NCBI GenBank assembly: GCA_002104945.1
Contig: MCFH01000005.1
Coordinates: 1,308,138 to 1,372,137 of the forward strand
Source: Piromyces finnis finn
Taxonomy: Eukaryota; Fungi; Neocallimastigomycota
DNA length: 64,000 nt
Direction: 5' to 3'
Shown here piece by piece: positions 12,452 to 27,123 of this stretch. How positions within the stretch are numbered: the first letter of the stretch is position 1; each line of letters starts with the position of its first letter. The position numbers and the translations under genes are program-made. Under the pieces are notes generated by a model that searched no databases, had not been told where the DNA came from, and saw only the letters and a list, made by a program, of their open reading frames with translations.

Positions 12452-15400
12452 ATTACCACCTCTCCTCTAACTTTATAAAATAATAAGTACCAATAAATTA
12501 TATATAAAATTTTCATTTTCATACTTATAAATAAATCAAAATTTTATCCTCTGAAATTAAAAAAATAATGACTGTAAAGACAATAGAATATACACTTATA
12601 AATTATAAATATAACAATGTAGAAATATATATTAAATCATTTTTAAAATTTTTATTATAAATGTAATATAAGAAATATATTTAATCATTTTAAAATAAAA
12701 ATCGATATAAATTATTTGACAATTGTGTGTTATTCTTTTTTTGTTATTATTATTATTATAATAATAGACATAATTATTTGTATTATATTTTAAATAAGCA
12801 TTAAAAATAATATTGGTAATTTTTTTTTAAAAATAGTTATATTTAAATATATATTTGTATCTATGTATATATTATTTATATAATTTTAATTTTTAAAAAT
12901 ACTTTTATAAATAAGTTTATAATATTCTTTAAAAATATAATTTACAATGGTTTTTATGTATGTTTTATTTAAAAATGAGTATATTATTAATAATAAAAAT
13001 TTAAATTAATAATATATAATTTATAATTTCTTTGATTATAAATTATAAAAGAATATTCATTAATGATAATTTTTACTTTATTATAGAAAAAAAAAAAAAA
13101 AATCCACGATAAAGTTATAGAACTTTTTTTTCCAAAATCTTATAAACTTTTTTAAACCATACTTATTTTGTTTTCGTAAACATTACCATTTTTATTATGA
13201 TGTGTACTAAGCAATAGTTTATTGTATTTATTTAGAGTTTAAATTATAAATTGTTGTTGTTTAGTTCTTATATATTTAACTTTAAACTATTAATAACTAC
13301 TATAAATTATTGCTTAGTACTTTAGTTATTAATAATTGATAGGGTTCAATTATAAAAAATACATTTATAAATTTATTTTAAGAGGATTTTTGTATTTACT
13401 TTTTAATAATCTTTTAATATTCCTTTTTACTATTTTATGAATTAGTGTTAAGCTCTCCCTTTTTAATGAAATATTTTTCTACTATTTCTACCTATTTAAA
13501 GATTATCATTTCTCCTATTATAACAATATATGACTTTTACTGTATGATATACATTAATAATAACATTATAGATATGGAATTAATAAGAGGTTAATAATTT
13601 TCCTATTTCTAATAAATGATATAAAAATACATTTTTTTATATATGCTAAAATTTTAAACTTAATTATTGGCTATTTCTAGTGTTTCCTACATTTACAATA
13701 CAGTATATAAATGTATACATCATATGTTTAGATCTTATGCACTATTATTATTATATTTTTTTATTTAAATCTTATTATTTAATATTTCATACAGAATTTA
13801 ATTTTACATCATGTATTAATATATCATTAAATTTTTGTTCAGACATGACCAGCGATTGAAAAAATGTATTAAGAGTTGTTTAATTTAGGTTTATAATTAT
13901 GTCAACTTTATTAATATATTTTATGATAAAGAACTACTTGCGTTACATTCTTCTCAAACTACATGTATTTATACATTTACATTGTGGCTTAAACATATAA
14001 TCAAATACAATATATACAAATACGTTTTAATACATTTCAATACATTTGAATACATGTGACATAACGTTTCACATATTCTAACAAAATGGTTACATTTTAT
14101 TAAATACTATAGAGAATAAAAGAATATTCTAATTGGTGGTATTATTATAATATGTCAACATCAACTATGAAACAAAATTTGAAATCTGTCACTAAACTAT
14201 TTATTTAATTAGTCATTATTTTTAGTCAAACTATGTACCTATTAATTTCAGAGGAAAGCTGTAAAATAGGTTTTTAAAATAATCATTTTTTTTTTTTATT
14301 TTTTCTACTAAAGAATAACTATAGTCATTTATATGTTATTTTTCATCCATTACTATGTATTTTAAACTTTACATATTTTACTTAATAATTAAAAAATATA
14401 GATTTTCATTTATAACATATTGAAAGTAAATTTTTATTAATATTTATGTTTATGTATAAAATAAAAGGAGATACTATTGAAAACAGATGATGATAATATT
14501 ATAAAATACCTTTTTTTTAATGATGAATAAAATAAAAAATAATGGTATATATACAATAAACATCAGAAAAGGATTTATTTTTAATATATAATAAAAAATG
14601 AAATTAGAAAATCTAATAAAGGAATAAATATATATTTTAATGATGATTTAGAAAAGATTCTTGTTTTTGGAGGGGGCAGATCCAGGTAATAAGAATGCAA
14701 AATTATGGGTATAATTTCTAATTATTATGAAAAAATAAACATAAAAATTAGGGATAGCAACTTTTTCTTAATATTAATGAGCAATTAATCCAAAATGTTA
14801 AAAAGGATCAAAATAAAAAAGTAATAAAAGGATCTCAATTTTTTATAATCATCTTAATTGAATTGTAAACTTCTTTTTTATATAAAATAAAGTTATAAAA
14901 ATTAATTTATTTTTTAATTTAAAATTTAATATTGTTGATAATTAAAAGAAAAAAACAATAATAATTATAAATTATATAGTTATTAGTCACCTGATTAATA
15001 TCATTATTTTTAATAATTATACATTTTATTAACATTTTATTAATTATTGAAAAATAGAATATTTTATTTTATAGATTGAGTGTATCTTCACATTAACATT
15101 AATATTTTATAATTACTTTATTATCAATTCAAAAATTGCAATTAAAATCAATTTAACAAATTTTAGAATAATTTAATAGTTAGGAAATGAGTATACAAGT
15201 TTCGCTGACACTATTATATTAACTACTTATTTAAATCTTTGAATAAATAGTATTATATCAATATTTTAATTATAAAAATAGTTAGTAAAGCCAAAGAAAT
15301 ACTATGTTTTGTTCTCGATTATTTTAAATCGTGTAATAAATCTAAAAAAAATTAATCCTATTTAATACATTATAAGTAATAACTTATATGACAATAAAAA

Positions 15401-16532
15401 ATTTTTAAATTAAAATACAAAAAAAGTAAATGTTTTTTTTTTTTTTAAAAAAAATATAATTATAGTTTTATAGTGTTTATATTCATCAATTTCATAATGT
15501 AATTAATTTATGTTATTTTTATATAGAAAGAATTTAACTTTAAATAATGTATGTTTTATTAATATCTTTATTTATTACGTTCCAATATTTCTATTCTGTC
15601 TAAATACTAAAACGTTAATTCAATCGTTGTTAACTATTAAACTTTTACTAAAAACAAGAAGCCTCCTTAACAATAATTATTCCTAAGTCTATTCTAATAA
15701 AGCTTAATAACTAATTGTCCAATGATAAGGCGGGAATTATATGGATTATACATCTACATAACTCTTTTACATTACATGTTCTTACATTTGCTATACATTT
15801 ACATATATGCTCTTATACATTGTAGAAATGTAGAAATAATTAATTAATATAAATTCATATTATTTAAATATTAATTGTCTCTTAGTAAAAATTATTGTTG
15901 ATGTTTAAGATATTATTTAATTATATATATTAATAATTTTTATAAATAGCTATAATATTTACAAACTTCCTTTTTCTTAAGTACTTTCCTACCTATTTCT
16001 TATAATATGAAAGTTAGCTTATGCTCATTTAAATGAGTAAAAAAAACTATAAAAATTATAAAAATTGCTGAAATGAATTTCTTTTTCATTTAAATTAAAA
16101 TTGGAAACAAATTCTAGTTTAATATAAATTAAAGTTTAAAATATTAATTTATTTTTAATTTAAATAATTTAAATATTTTTTAAAATTCCACAAATTAAAT
16201 GCTTTAAATTTGAATATAATATTATGGTTAATTTTATGAAATAAAGCTTTGTTTATGGCAAATCATTCATTTATTAATATTGTTCATAATAATATGATTT
16301 AATTTATTTTATTATATCTAAAGCTTATTTAATATTGTTTTTATGAATATATTAATTATAAATTATAATAGAAATATATAATACAATTTATAATAAATAA
16401 ACAAAATTTATATATATATAAATACACAAGCAAAAAAAAAGAAACTAAATAAATAAAAAATAAATAAAAAATAAAATCATTATAATTATATAATTAGAAA
16501 AAAAAAAAAAAAAAGATATTGAATATAAAAAC

Positions 16533-19500
16533 ATGAATATTAAGTTTTTACTAAAGAACCTTGGATTAGGGTTGTTAATAGCTTCTGTTCAAAGGGCAGA
16601 TGCATTAAATTGTAAAGAAATAGAAAGCACTCTTTCAGGATTTGAAATAGAAGAATGTGTTGAAAATGAAAACAATGAAATTATTAAATTGTAAGAAGAA
16701 ATAAAAATTAACAAAATAAATAGGTAAAAGTATGAATAAATGAAGAAAAATTCTTATTTTATAATATTTAATAAATGACAGTAAAACAGCAGGTCTTCTT
16801 ACTGAAGAAGTAATTAATAATATAAGTACATTGGATAAACTTGAAGATTTGTAAGCTTTACTTTAAATAATTTATTTATTTTATATATAAATATTATATA
16901 ATAATAATAATAATAATAATTATTAATAAAATAATAATATCAATATTTTATATATTAATAAAAATATATTATAAAAAAATATATTATAAAAATTAAAAAA
17001 AAAAAAATACATAATAAAAAACAATTTTATATTCAAATAGAAATATATATCATGACAGTTACCAAGATAACTTTGATTTAACACCTTTCGAAAGTCTTGA
17101 AAATCTTAAATCATTGTAAAAGTTTTATTTAATAGAAATAATGAAATATTTTATTATTTAATTATTAAAATTTGTTAACATACTTTTATTTTATATTTCC
17201 ATTATATATAATATATAATATAATATAGTTCAATAGATTGTTATAGAAACCCTAAGCATAGATATCATGGAAGTGAAATTAAAGAAAATTCATTTAAAAT
17301 GAAAAACTTGGAGAAATTGTAATACTTTATTTAATACTTTATTTTTATTAAAGTTCAATATTAAATATTATTATTAATATATTTTATTTTTATATATATG
17401 TTTTTTTAAATTAACCAGATATTTATATGGATGTGATGTTATGGGAGAAGATCCTTTATCTAACTTAACTAATCTTAAAGAATTGTAAATATATAAATAA
17501 TTATTATTTTTGTATTTACAATAAATGAAATAATCTATTTTTTTTAAAGAATTATTTATTTAAAATTATTTTTAAAGAGTTGTATTAAATGATTATATTA
17601 CTAAAATTAATAAATACTAATTTTTAATTTTATTTTTTTGTTTATAATCATAATTAAAACTGTATAGAACAATTGAAATACAGAGAGGACAAGAATTACT
17701 TAACTTATCCCATATTAATAATTTAAAAAATCTCACCTCATTGTAAATTTAAATTGTTATTATAAATATTATTATATTATTTTAAAGATGTTAGAAATTG
17801 TTTTATATAATTATTAATTTATTTTAAAAAATATATATAAATATAGATATCTCGATAATTATTATTCTTCAACAAGAAGATATATAGTAACTGACTTTAA
17901 AGGATTAAATAATTTAAAGATATTGTACGTATACTATTATTTAATAATCAATAATAATAAAAATAATTTAAAAATATTTAATATTATGATTAAACTCAAT
18001 ACTTTAAATTATGTTTTATAAAAAAATAATAGATCAATTGGTCCATATTATGTAAATAAAGACGATATTGAAGAAATCTCTACTTTAGAAAGTCTTGAAG
18101 AATTGTAATTATTAAATATAAAAATATTAAAAATTAAATTTATACACCATATTAATATGAAATATTATCAATTATAATAAATAAATAAATAAATATAAAT
18201 ATATATATATATAAAGATATTTAATAAACTGTAGATTTGATGAAGGAACTGATTTGAATTTGCTTAAAAATCTTAAAAATACTTTAAAAATCTTGTAATT
18301 ATTATTTTAAATAATATATACTAATTAAGATATATAATTTATATTGAATATATATATATTTATTTTTTATATTTAAATATAAAAACTAAATATTAATATT
18401 ATAATATTTAATATTATAATTAAAATATAGAAATTTAAGTAGTAATAAATTGGTTGAAATTCCAGAAACAATAAAAGAATTAAAGAACTTAAAAATTTTG
18501 TATGATTTTATTATTATTTAGTATTTAGTATTTAGTTACCTTATTATTTTTAAAAAAAACAATCAAGTATTCACTATATTTTTTTTTTTATAATTAATAT
18601 AATATAATAATATAGGAATTTATCACATAATGATATTAAAGAATTTCCAGAATCTTTAAACGAATTAACAAATCTTGAAGATATGTATGTATTTAAAAAA
18701 TCCAATAATTTTAATTATTCTTTATGCTTATTAATTTAATTCTTATTTTTAAATATTTATAAAAGCAATATTTCTTATAATGAAAATCTTGTTGGAAAAA
18801 CTTTAACCAACGATAATATTAAAAATTGCGAATATTCTAATACTAAATTATGTATAGCTGAAGAAACCAGTTGTATAAAATCTACTTCTAATGATTTAAG
18901 TATATGCGAACCAGAACCAGAACCAGAACCAGAACCACAAAATGGATGCGAAGAAATTGATTTATTTTTAAAAAAGAACAATATTGAAATGGAAACATCT
19001 TGTTATGCAATCAATAAAGAAGTTGCAGCAATGTAATTTTATAATATAAAAAATATTAAAATTAACATTAATATTATTAATAATAATTTATAAATTTAAA
19101 TAATTTATATTTAATTAGATCTATTAATGAACAAATTGTTACTGAAGAAGCTCTTGATAAGATATTATCATATGATACTATAGAAGAATTGTAAATATAT
19201 ATTATTTATTAACAATATAATATCGTTATTATAATTAGCTTTGTAATAATTCATTAATATAAATTTTATAATTTAAAAAAAAAAAAATCTATTAGAATTG
19301 TTGATATTGATGGATCTAAAAAGGCCATTGAAAAAATTGGTGAAAGATTATCAAATCTTGAATATTTGTAATTATTATATATATAAATATATACATTTAA
19401 ATATGAATTTACTAGAAAAATATTTAAATAATATACTAACAAGTAAATGCATAAAACATTTTAAATATTGTATTTAGAGAGATCAATATTATAAAAAAAG

Positions 19501-20314
19501 ATGCATCATTGGATTTTACACCATTAAAAAATCTTGGATATCTTAGTGAATTGTAATTATTTTCTCAATTCAAAATATAATAAAATATTAAACAAATTAT
19601 AACATATTATTTCATTTATAAACTAATTTAATACTATTTTACTACTAATAAAAATGTTAACTAAAAGAGTAATTACTGGGTATAAATCTAAATCATTAGC
19701 CAGTATCACTAATCATTCATTGAAAGATTTAACACATTTAGAATATTTGTAATTGCTCAATTATAGTATATTATTTTATTAAAGTATAAAGTAAAATAAC
19801 AAATTAATTATTTTATATATTTTAATATGATAAAAAAAAACAGAAAATTAGATTCTATAAAAATTAATCAAAATAATTTAGATGACATTAGCAAATTAAC
19901 CAACCTTATGACTTTGTAAGCTTGAAATAATAAAGAATAGATAAATAATAGTTTACTTTAAAATTTTCCAAAAAATAAAAAAATTAAATATTTCAAATTT
20001 TTATTTGTTATTATTACGTTTATTAAAATAATTTATTTTTAGAATTTTCGTTGAATGTCATTATCCAACAAGTTTAGATTTCAGTCCACTAAAAACACTT
20101 CAAAATCTTGCTAATTTGTAAATATTTATAAAACATTAAATTAATATTTTTTATATATTTAAAAAATAGTACATAGTTACAACAATTAATTATATAATAT
20201 ATATGCCTATGTAAAAACGGATAAATAGAGAATTTGATGGCTATTACAAAAACAAAACTCCACTTTATGAAATTCCAAGTTTTGTTTTCAAATTGACAAA
20301 ATTGAAACAATTGT

Positions 20315-20359
<45 letters not shown>

Positions 20360-21190
20360 TTAAAAATATTAAATAATAATTTTAACGAGTGTATGTTAAA
20401 AATGGTAAAAATAATATTATATATTTAATACTAACTATTTATACTATCCTTTTATTATTTTTATTAATAAAAAATATAAATCTATAGAATCGCTAGAAAT
20501 CAAAAAATTGATTATATTCAATCAAAAATTTCAAAACTTGAGAATCTTAATGCTTTGTAAGGATAAAATAAATTGAATGATAATTAATAAACTATTTATT
20601 ATTATTAATTATTATTAAAATAATTATATGAATTGATTTATAAATCGATATTTTATATTTTATATTTTATATATTTATATGTTTATATATATTTATGTTT
20701 TAAATATTCATATTTTATATATTTATAATATATTTCTATATTTTTTTTTTTTTTTTATTATTAATTTTTAGAGATTTAAGTGGAAATAAAATTGATTCAC
20801 TTCCAAAAGCTCTTAACAATATGGCAAGTCTTAGAAGTGTGTAAGTAATTAATTTAATTAAACTCTATAAGTAATTTATTGATTTAAAAATATCTTATTT
20901 TACTTTACTTTATATTAATTTATACTAATATATATTTATAAATAAAAAACTATTATACTTTTATAATATATATATATAATTCTAATGTTTTAATATATAT
21001 ACTAATGTATATTCTTATTTAATAAAGTAATTTCAGTAATAATCCAAAGATGACAGGAAAAACCTTGACTAATGAGAATCTTGTATTTTGTCAATATGAT
21101 GCTTCATCTTCAATTTGTAAAGCTAAAGAAATGCCATGCTTCAATGAAGATGACAATATAAAACTCTGTAAAAATCAAAAGAAAAATTAA
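16533..21190 (+). CDS. Secreted leucine-rich-repeat protein, array copy 1 (22 exons; two LRR modules joined by a Cys-rich exon)
   Basis: Exon 1 (16533-16690) MNIKFLLKNLGLGLLIASVQRADALNCKEIESTLSGFEIEECVENENNEIIKL. Internal exons of ~66-90 nt each encode one repeat, e.g. NLSSNKLVEIPETIKELKNLKIL, NLSHNDIKEFPESLNELTNLEDM, DLSGNKIDSLPKALNNMASLRSV. All introns are phase 2. The last exon ends LCKNQKKN-TAA at 21190. Confidence 0.88.
18908..18937 (+). repeat. (GAACCA)5 coding repeat giving an EPEPEPEPEP linker (also at 25457-25486)
   Basis: Direct reading within the joint exon of LRR copies 1 and 2; absent from copy 4. Confidence 0.9.
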
Positions 21191-23078
21191 AATTAAATAA
21201 CCAATATGAAAAAGAAGCACTATAAAATAATTTTTAAATTAAATAACCAATATGAAAAAGAAGCATGAAAAAGAAGCACTATAAAGTAATTTTTAATTTA
21301 ATATTAAGTTGATTATAAAACTATTCATGTTTTTAGGAAATCTTTTATTATATATATAAATATTTTTCTTTAAAATTTTCGTAACCAAAAGAATTTAATT
21401 ATAATAAAAGATATTTACTAATATTTTTTATTAATATTAATATTAGTAATATTAATAAATAATATATAATATCAAGTTATATATTATAAATTTAAACATT
21501 ATTAATATGTTTACTCCATTTTATAAATTTAATATAAATTAATAATATTATAATTATCAATATCTTTTATCAACATTAAAAAAAATTATTATTTTAGAAT
21601 ATATAAATATTTAAATAAATATTCATAATTTAATAGTTATATATTAATGATATATGTAACTATTATCCTTTAATATATATTAATAAAATAAATAAAAAAA
21701 AAAAGAAGAAGAAACAAAAAGAATTGAGAAAGATTATATTTATAATTTAAGTAAAAATATCATTTAAATTTAATTAAATATTTTACCCTATATTATAAAA
21801 ATACTTTTTACTATTTACTTAGTGTTAATATTATCAACATTTATTATTACGTAATATAAGAATTAAAGTTTTTAAAAAGTAAATCAATACAAAATATTTT
21901 TTCCATTGTCTAAAAAGACGTCGCACTGATAAGGCAAAGGAACAATCTTAATGTTTCGTACATAGGGTTTAGGGTTCAATGTTAGTATTTCATCAAATCA
22001 AATGAAAATATTATGAACTAATGGGAGAGTTTAGTGGAAACCACAATATCATACCTGATGTTATTTTTCTTATTTATTTCATTTAATTTATTAGGTAGGG
22101 ACCAATCCCATACTGCACAAATTACAGAGTTTATTTAAATTTTATACAACTTTAATAATTTTATTTTATATTATTATATATATTTATATTTATATATATA
22201 TATATATTTATTATTTTTATTTATTATTTATTATATCAATATGTATTATCACTTAATGTAATTTCACAAATTAAATAAATAAATACAAAAAGTGTGTTCT
22301 TTTCCTAGTCTAAAAAAAATTGTTTAGAAAAGTAAAAAAAGGATATTTATAATAAATAGTAATAATTATATTTGTTAGAAACCAGTTATGATTTTACATT
22401 GTATAAATTTTATTAATATTAATTGTGATAATTACATTTATAATAACTACATTGTATTAATTAATGGAAATGAAATACTATAATATGTGACTAAGTAAAT
22501 TTTTAGAAAATGTGAAATTAATACATTACTTAATTAAATTACTAATTATTATTATTACATTATTAATTACTTTTTCCAATATTTTTATATAATTATAAAC
22601 TTTTGATTTGTATAATTATTGAAATGCCTTTTTTTAAATTATTGGAAACAAATTCTAATTTAATATAAATTAAAGTTTAAAATATTAATTTATTTTTAAT
22701 TTAAATAATTTAAATATTTTTTAAAATTCCACAAATTAAATGCTTTAAATTTGAATATAATATTATGGTTAATTTTATGAAATAAAGCTTTGTTTATGGC
22801 AAATCATTCATTAATTATGATTTAATTTGTTACAGAATCAAAATCTTATTTAATAATATTTTTAATATAAATTTTATTAGAAATAGTAATTATAACATTA
22901 ATTATGAAAATTAAATATATAAAAAAGGTGAATATAAAAAGAAAAAAAAAAAGTAAAAGAGAAAAAAAATTTTAAAAATAAAAATAAAAATAAAAAAAAA
23001 AGAAATTAAATAAAAAGAAAAAAGAAATAAAAATAAAAGCATTTTAAATAGAAAAAAAAAGATATTGAATATAAAAAC

Positions 23079-26000
23079 ATGAATATTAAGTTTTTACTAA
23101 AGAACCTTGGATTAGGGTTGTTAATAGCTTCTGTTCAAAGGGCAGATGCATTAAATTGTAAAGAAATAGAAAGCACTCTTTCAGGATTTGAAATAGAAGA
23201 ATGTGTTGAAAATGAAAACAATGAAATTATTAAATTGTAAGAAGAAATAAAAATTAACAAAATAAATAGGTAAAAGTATGAATAAATGAAGAAAAATTCT
23301 TATTTTATAATATTTAATAAATGACAGTAAAACAGCAGGTCTTCTTACTGAAGAAGTAATTAATAATATAAGTACATTGGATAAACTTGAAGATTTGTAA
23401 GCTTTACTTTAAATAATTTATTTATTTTATATATAAATATTATATAATAATAATAATAATAATAATAATTATTAATAAAATAATAATATCAATATTTTAT
23501 ATATTAATAAAAATATATTATAAAAAAATATATTATAAAAATTAAAAAAAAAAAAATACATAATAAAAAACAATTTTATATTCAAATAGAAATATATATC
23601 ATGACAGTTACCAAGATAACTTTGATTTAACACCTTTCGAAAGTCTTGAAAATCTTAAATCATTGTAAAAGTTTTATTTAATAGAAATAATGAAATATTT
23701 TATTATTTAATTATTAAAATTTGTTAACATACTTTTATTTTATATTTCCATTATATATAATATATAATATAATATAGTTCAATAGATTGTTATAGAAACC
23801 CTAAGCATAGATATCATGGAAGTGAAATTAAAGAAAATTCATTTAAAATGAAAAACTTGGAGAAATTGTAATACTTTATTTAATACTTTATTTTTATTAA
23901 AGTTCAATATTAAATATTATTATTAATATATTTTATTTTTATATATATGTTTTTTTAAATTAACCAGATATTTATATGGATGTGATGTTATGGGAGAAGA
24001 TCCTTTATCTAACTTAACTAATCTTAAAGAATTGTAAATATATAAATAATTATTATTTTTGTATTTACAATAAATGAAATAATCTATTTTTTTTAAAGAA
24101 TTATTTATTTAAAATTATTTTTAAAGAGTTGTATTAAATGATTATATTACTAAAATTAATAAATACTAATTTTTAATTTTATTTTTTTGTTTATAATCAT
24201 AATTAAAACTGTATAGAACAATTGAAATACAGAGAGGACAAGAATTACTTAACTTATCCCATATTAATAATTTAAAAAATCTCACCTCATTGTAAATTTA
24301 AATTGTTATTATAAATATTATTATATTATTTTAAAGATGTTAGAAATTGTTTTATATAATTATTAATTTATTTTAAAAAATATATATAAATATAGATATC
24401 TCGATAATTATTATTCTTCAACAAGAAGATATATAGTAACTGACTTTAAAGGATTAAATAATTTAAAGATATTGTACGTATACTATTATTTAATAATCAA
24501 TAATAATAAAAATAATTTAAAAATATTTAATATTATGATTAAACTCAATACTTTAAATTATGTTTTATAAAAAAATAATAGATCAATTGGTCCATATTAT
24601 GTAAATAAAGACGATATTGAAGAAATCTCTACTTTAGAAAGTCTTGAAGAATTGTAATTATTAAATATAAAAATATTAAAAATTAAATTTATACACCATA
24701 TTAATATGAAATATTATCAATTATAATAAATAAATAAATAAATATAAATATATATATATATAAAGATATTTAATAAACTGTAGATTTGATGAAGGAACTG
24801 ATTTGAATTTGCTTAAAAATCTTAAAAATACTTTAAAAATCTTGTAATTATTATTTTAAATAATATATACTAATTAAGATATATAATTTATATTGAATAT
24901 ATATATATTTATTTTTTATATTTAAATATAAAAACTAAATATTAATATTATAATATTTAATATTATAATTAAAATATAGAAATTTAAGTAGTAATAAATT
25001 GGTTGAAATTCCAGAAACAATAAAAGAATTAAAGAACTTAAAAATTTTGTATGATTTTATTATTATTTAGTATTTAGTATTTAGTTACCTTATTATTTTT
25101 AAAAAAAACAATCAAGTATTCACTATATTTTTTTTTTTATAATTAATATAATATAATAATATAGGAATTTATCACATAATGATATTAAAGAATTTCCAGA
25201 ATCTTTAAACGAATTAACAAATCTTGAAGATATGTATGTATTTAAAAAATCCAATAATTTTAATTATTCTTTATGCTTATTAATTTAATTCTTATTTTTA
25301 AATATTTATAAAAGCAATATTTCTTATAATGAAAATCTTGTTGGAAAAACTTTAACCAACGATAATATTAAAAATTGCGAATATTCTAATACTAAATTAT
25401 GTATAGCTGAAGAAACCAGTTGTATAAAATCTACTTCTAATGATTTAAGTATATGCGAACCAGAACCAGAACCAGAACCAGAACCACAAAATGGATGCGA
25501 AGAAATTGATTTATTTTTAAAAAAGAACAATATTGAAATGGAAACATCTTGTTATGCAATCAATAAAGAAGTTGCAGCAATGTAATTTTATAATATAAAA
25601 AATATTAAAATTAACATTAATATTATTAATAATAATTTATAAATTTAAATAATTTATATTTAATTAGATCTATTAATGAACAAATTGTTACTGAAGAAGC
25701 TCTTGATAAGATATTATCATATGATACTATAGAAGAATTGTAAATATATATTATTTATTAACAATATAATATCGTTATTATAATTAGCTTTGTAATAATT
25801 CATTAATATAAATTTTATAATTTAAAAAAAAAAATCTATTAGAATTGTTGATATTGATGGATCTAAAAAGGCCATTGAAAAAATTGGTGAAAAATTACTA
25901 AATATTGAATATTTGTAAATATATAAATTTATTAAATATATAATATACTAATATATATTAAATATTAAGTATTAAATATTAAATATTAAATATAAAAGAA

Positions 26001-27092
26001 TAAATAATATATACTAAAAATATAAATATACTATTCAATGTAATTAATTAAATTTAGAGTGATTAATAGCATTAAAAAAAATGCATCCTTAGATTTAACA
26101 CCATTAAAAAATCTCCAATATCTTAGTGAATTGTAATTGCTTCCTTGATTTTAAATATAAATGATTTAAATATAATGATAATTAACATTATAATAATTAT
26201 GCCATAAAACTAACCTTTACTCAATATTATAATAAATTATTAACTAAAAAGATCAATTAGTAGTTATAAATCTAAATCATTAGCCAGAATCACTAAAAAT
26301 TCATTAAAGGATATAACACATTTAGAATATTTGTAATTATTCAAATATATATAAATATTTATATATATATATTTATAACAATATATATTTAATAATTTCT
26401 ATATATTAATATATTATTTTATTATTTCAACAAAATAAGAAATATATAATTACTAAATTAATTTATTTTATTATTATATTTTATTATATTATATTTTATT
26501 ATTTTATAACGATAAAAATCAAAAATCAATAGAAAATTAGATTCCATAAAGATTTATCAAAGGAATTTAGATGATATTAGCAAATTAACCAACCTTAAAA
26601 CTTTGTTAGTTTTAAAATAAAATATATTAAATATGTTAATGAATATTAATTTTCTTATTTAAAATATCCACGAAAAATATTAAATATTTCAATTATTTTC
26701 AATTTTTTATATATTTATATATTTATATATATTTATTATTTGTTTTTTCTTCATTATTTTTTCTTCATTATTAATAATTAATTTATAGAATTTTCGGTGA
26801 ATGTCATTATCCATCAAGCTTAGATTTCAGTCCTCTCAAGACCCTTCAAAATCTTAATAATTTGTAAATATTTATTAAAATATAAAATATCAAATAGTAA
26901 ATTAATATTTTTTATATATTTAAAAAATAGTACATAAATACAGCAATTAATTATATAATATATATAAATATTACATATATAAAAATAAATAAAAACGGAT
27001 AAATAGAGAATTTGATGGCTATTACAAAAACAAAACTCCACTTTATGAAATTCCAAGTTTTGTTTTCAAATTAACAAACTTGAAACAATTGT

Positions 27093-27123
<31 letters not shown>

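Noticed and set aside
18775-18981. Minus-strand ORF with GSGSGSGSG (and its twin 25324..25530)
   Set aside because: Antisense shadow of the plus-strand LRR joint exon (EPEPEP).
21963-21977. TAGGGTTTAGGGTT telomere-like motif
   Set aside because: Only two units, internal; insufficient for a telomeric or interstitial telomere call.
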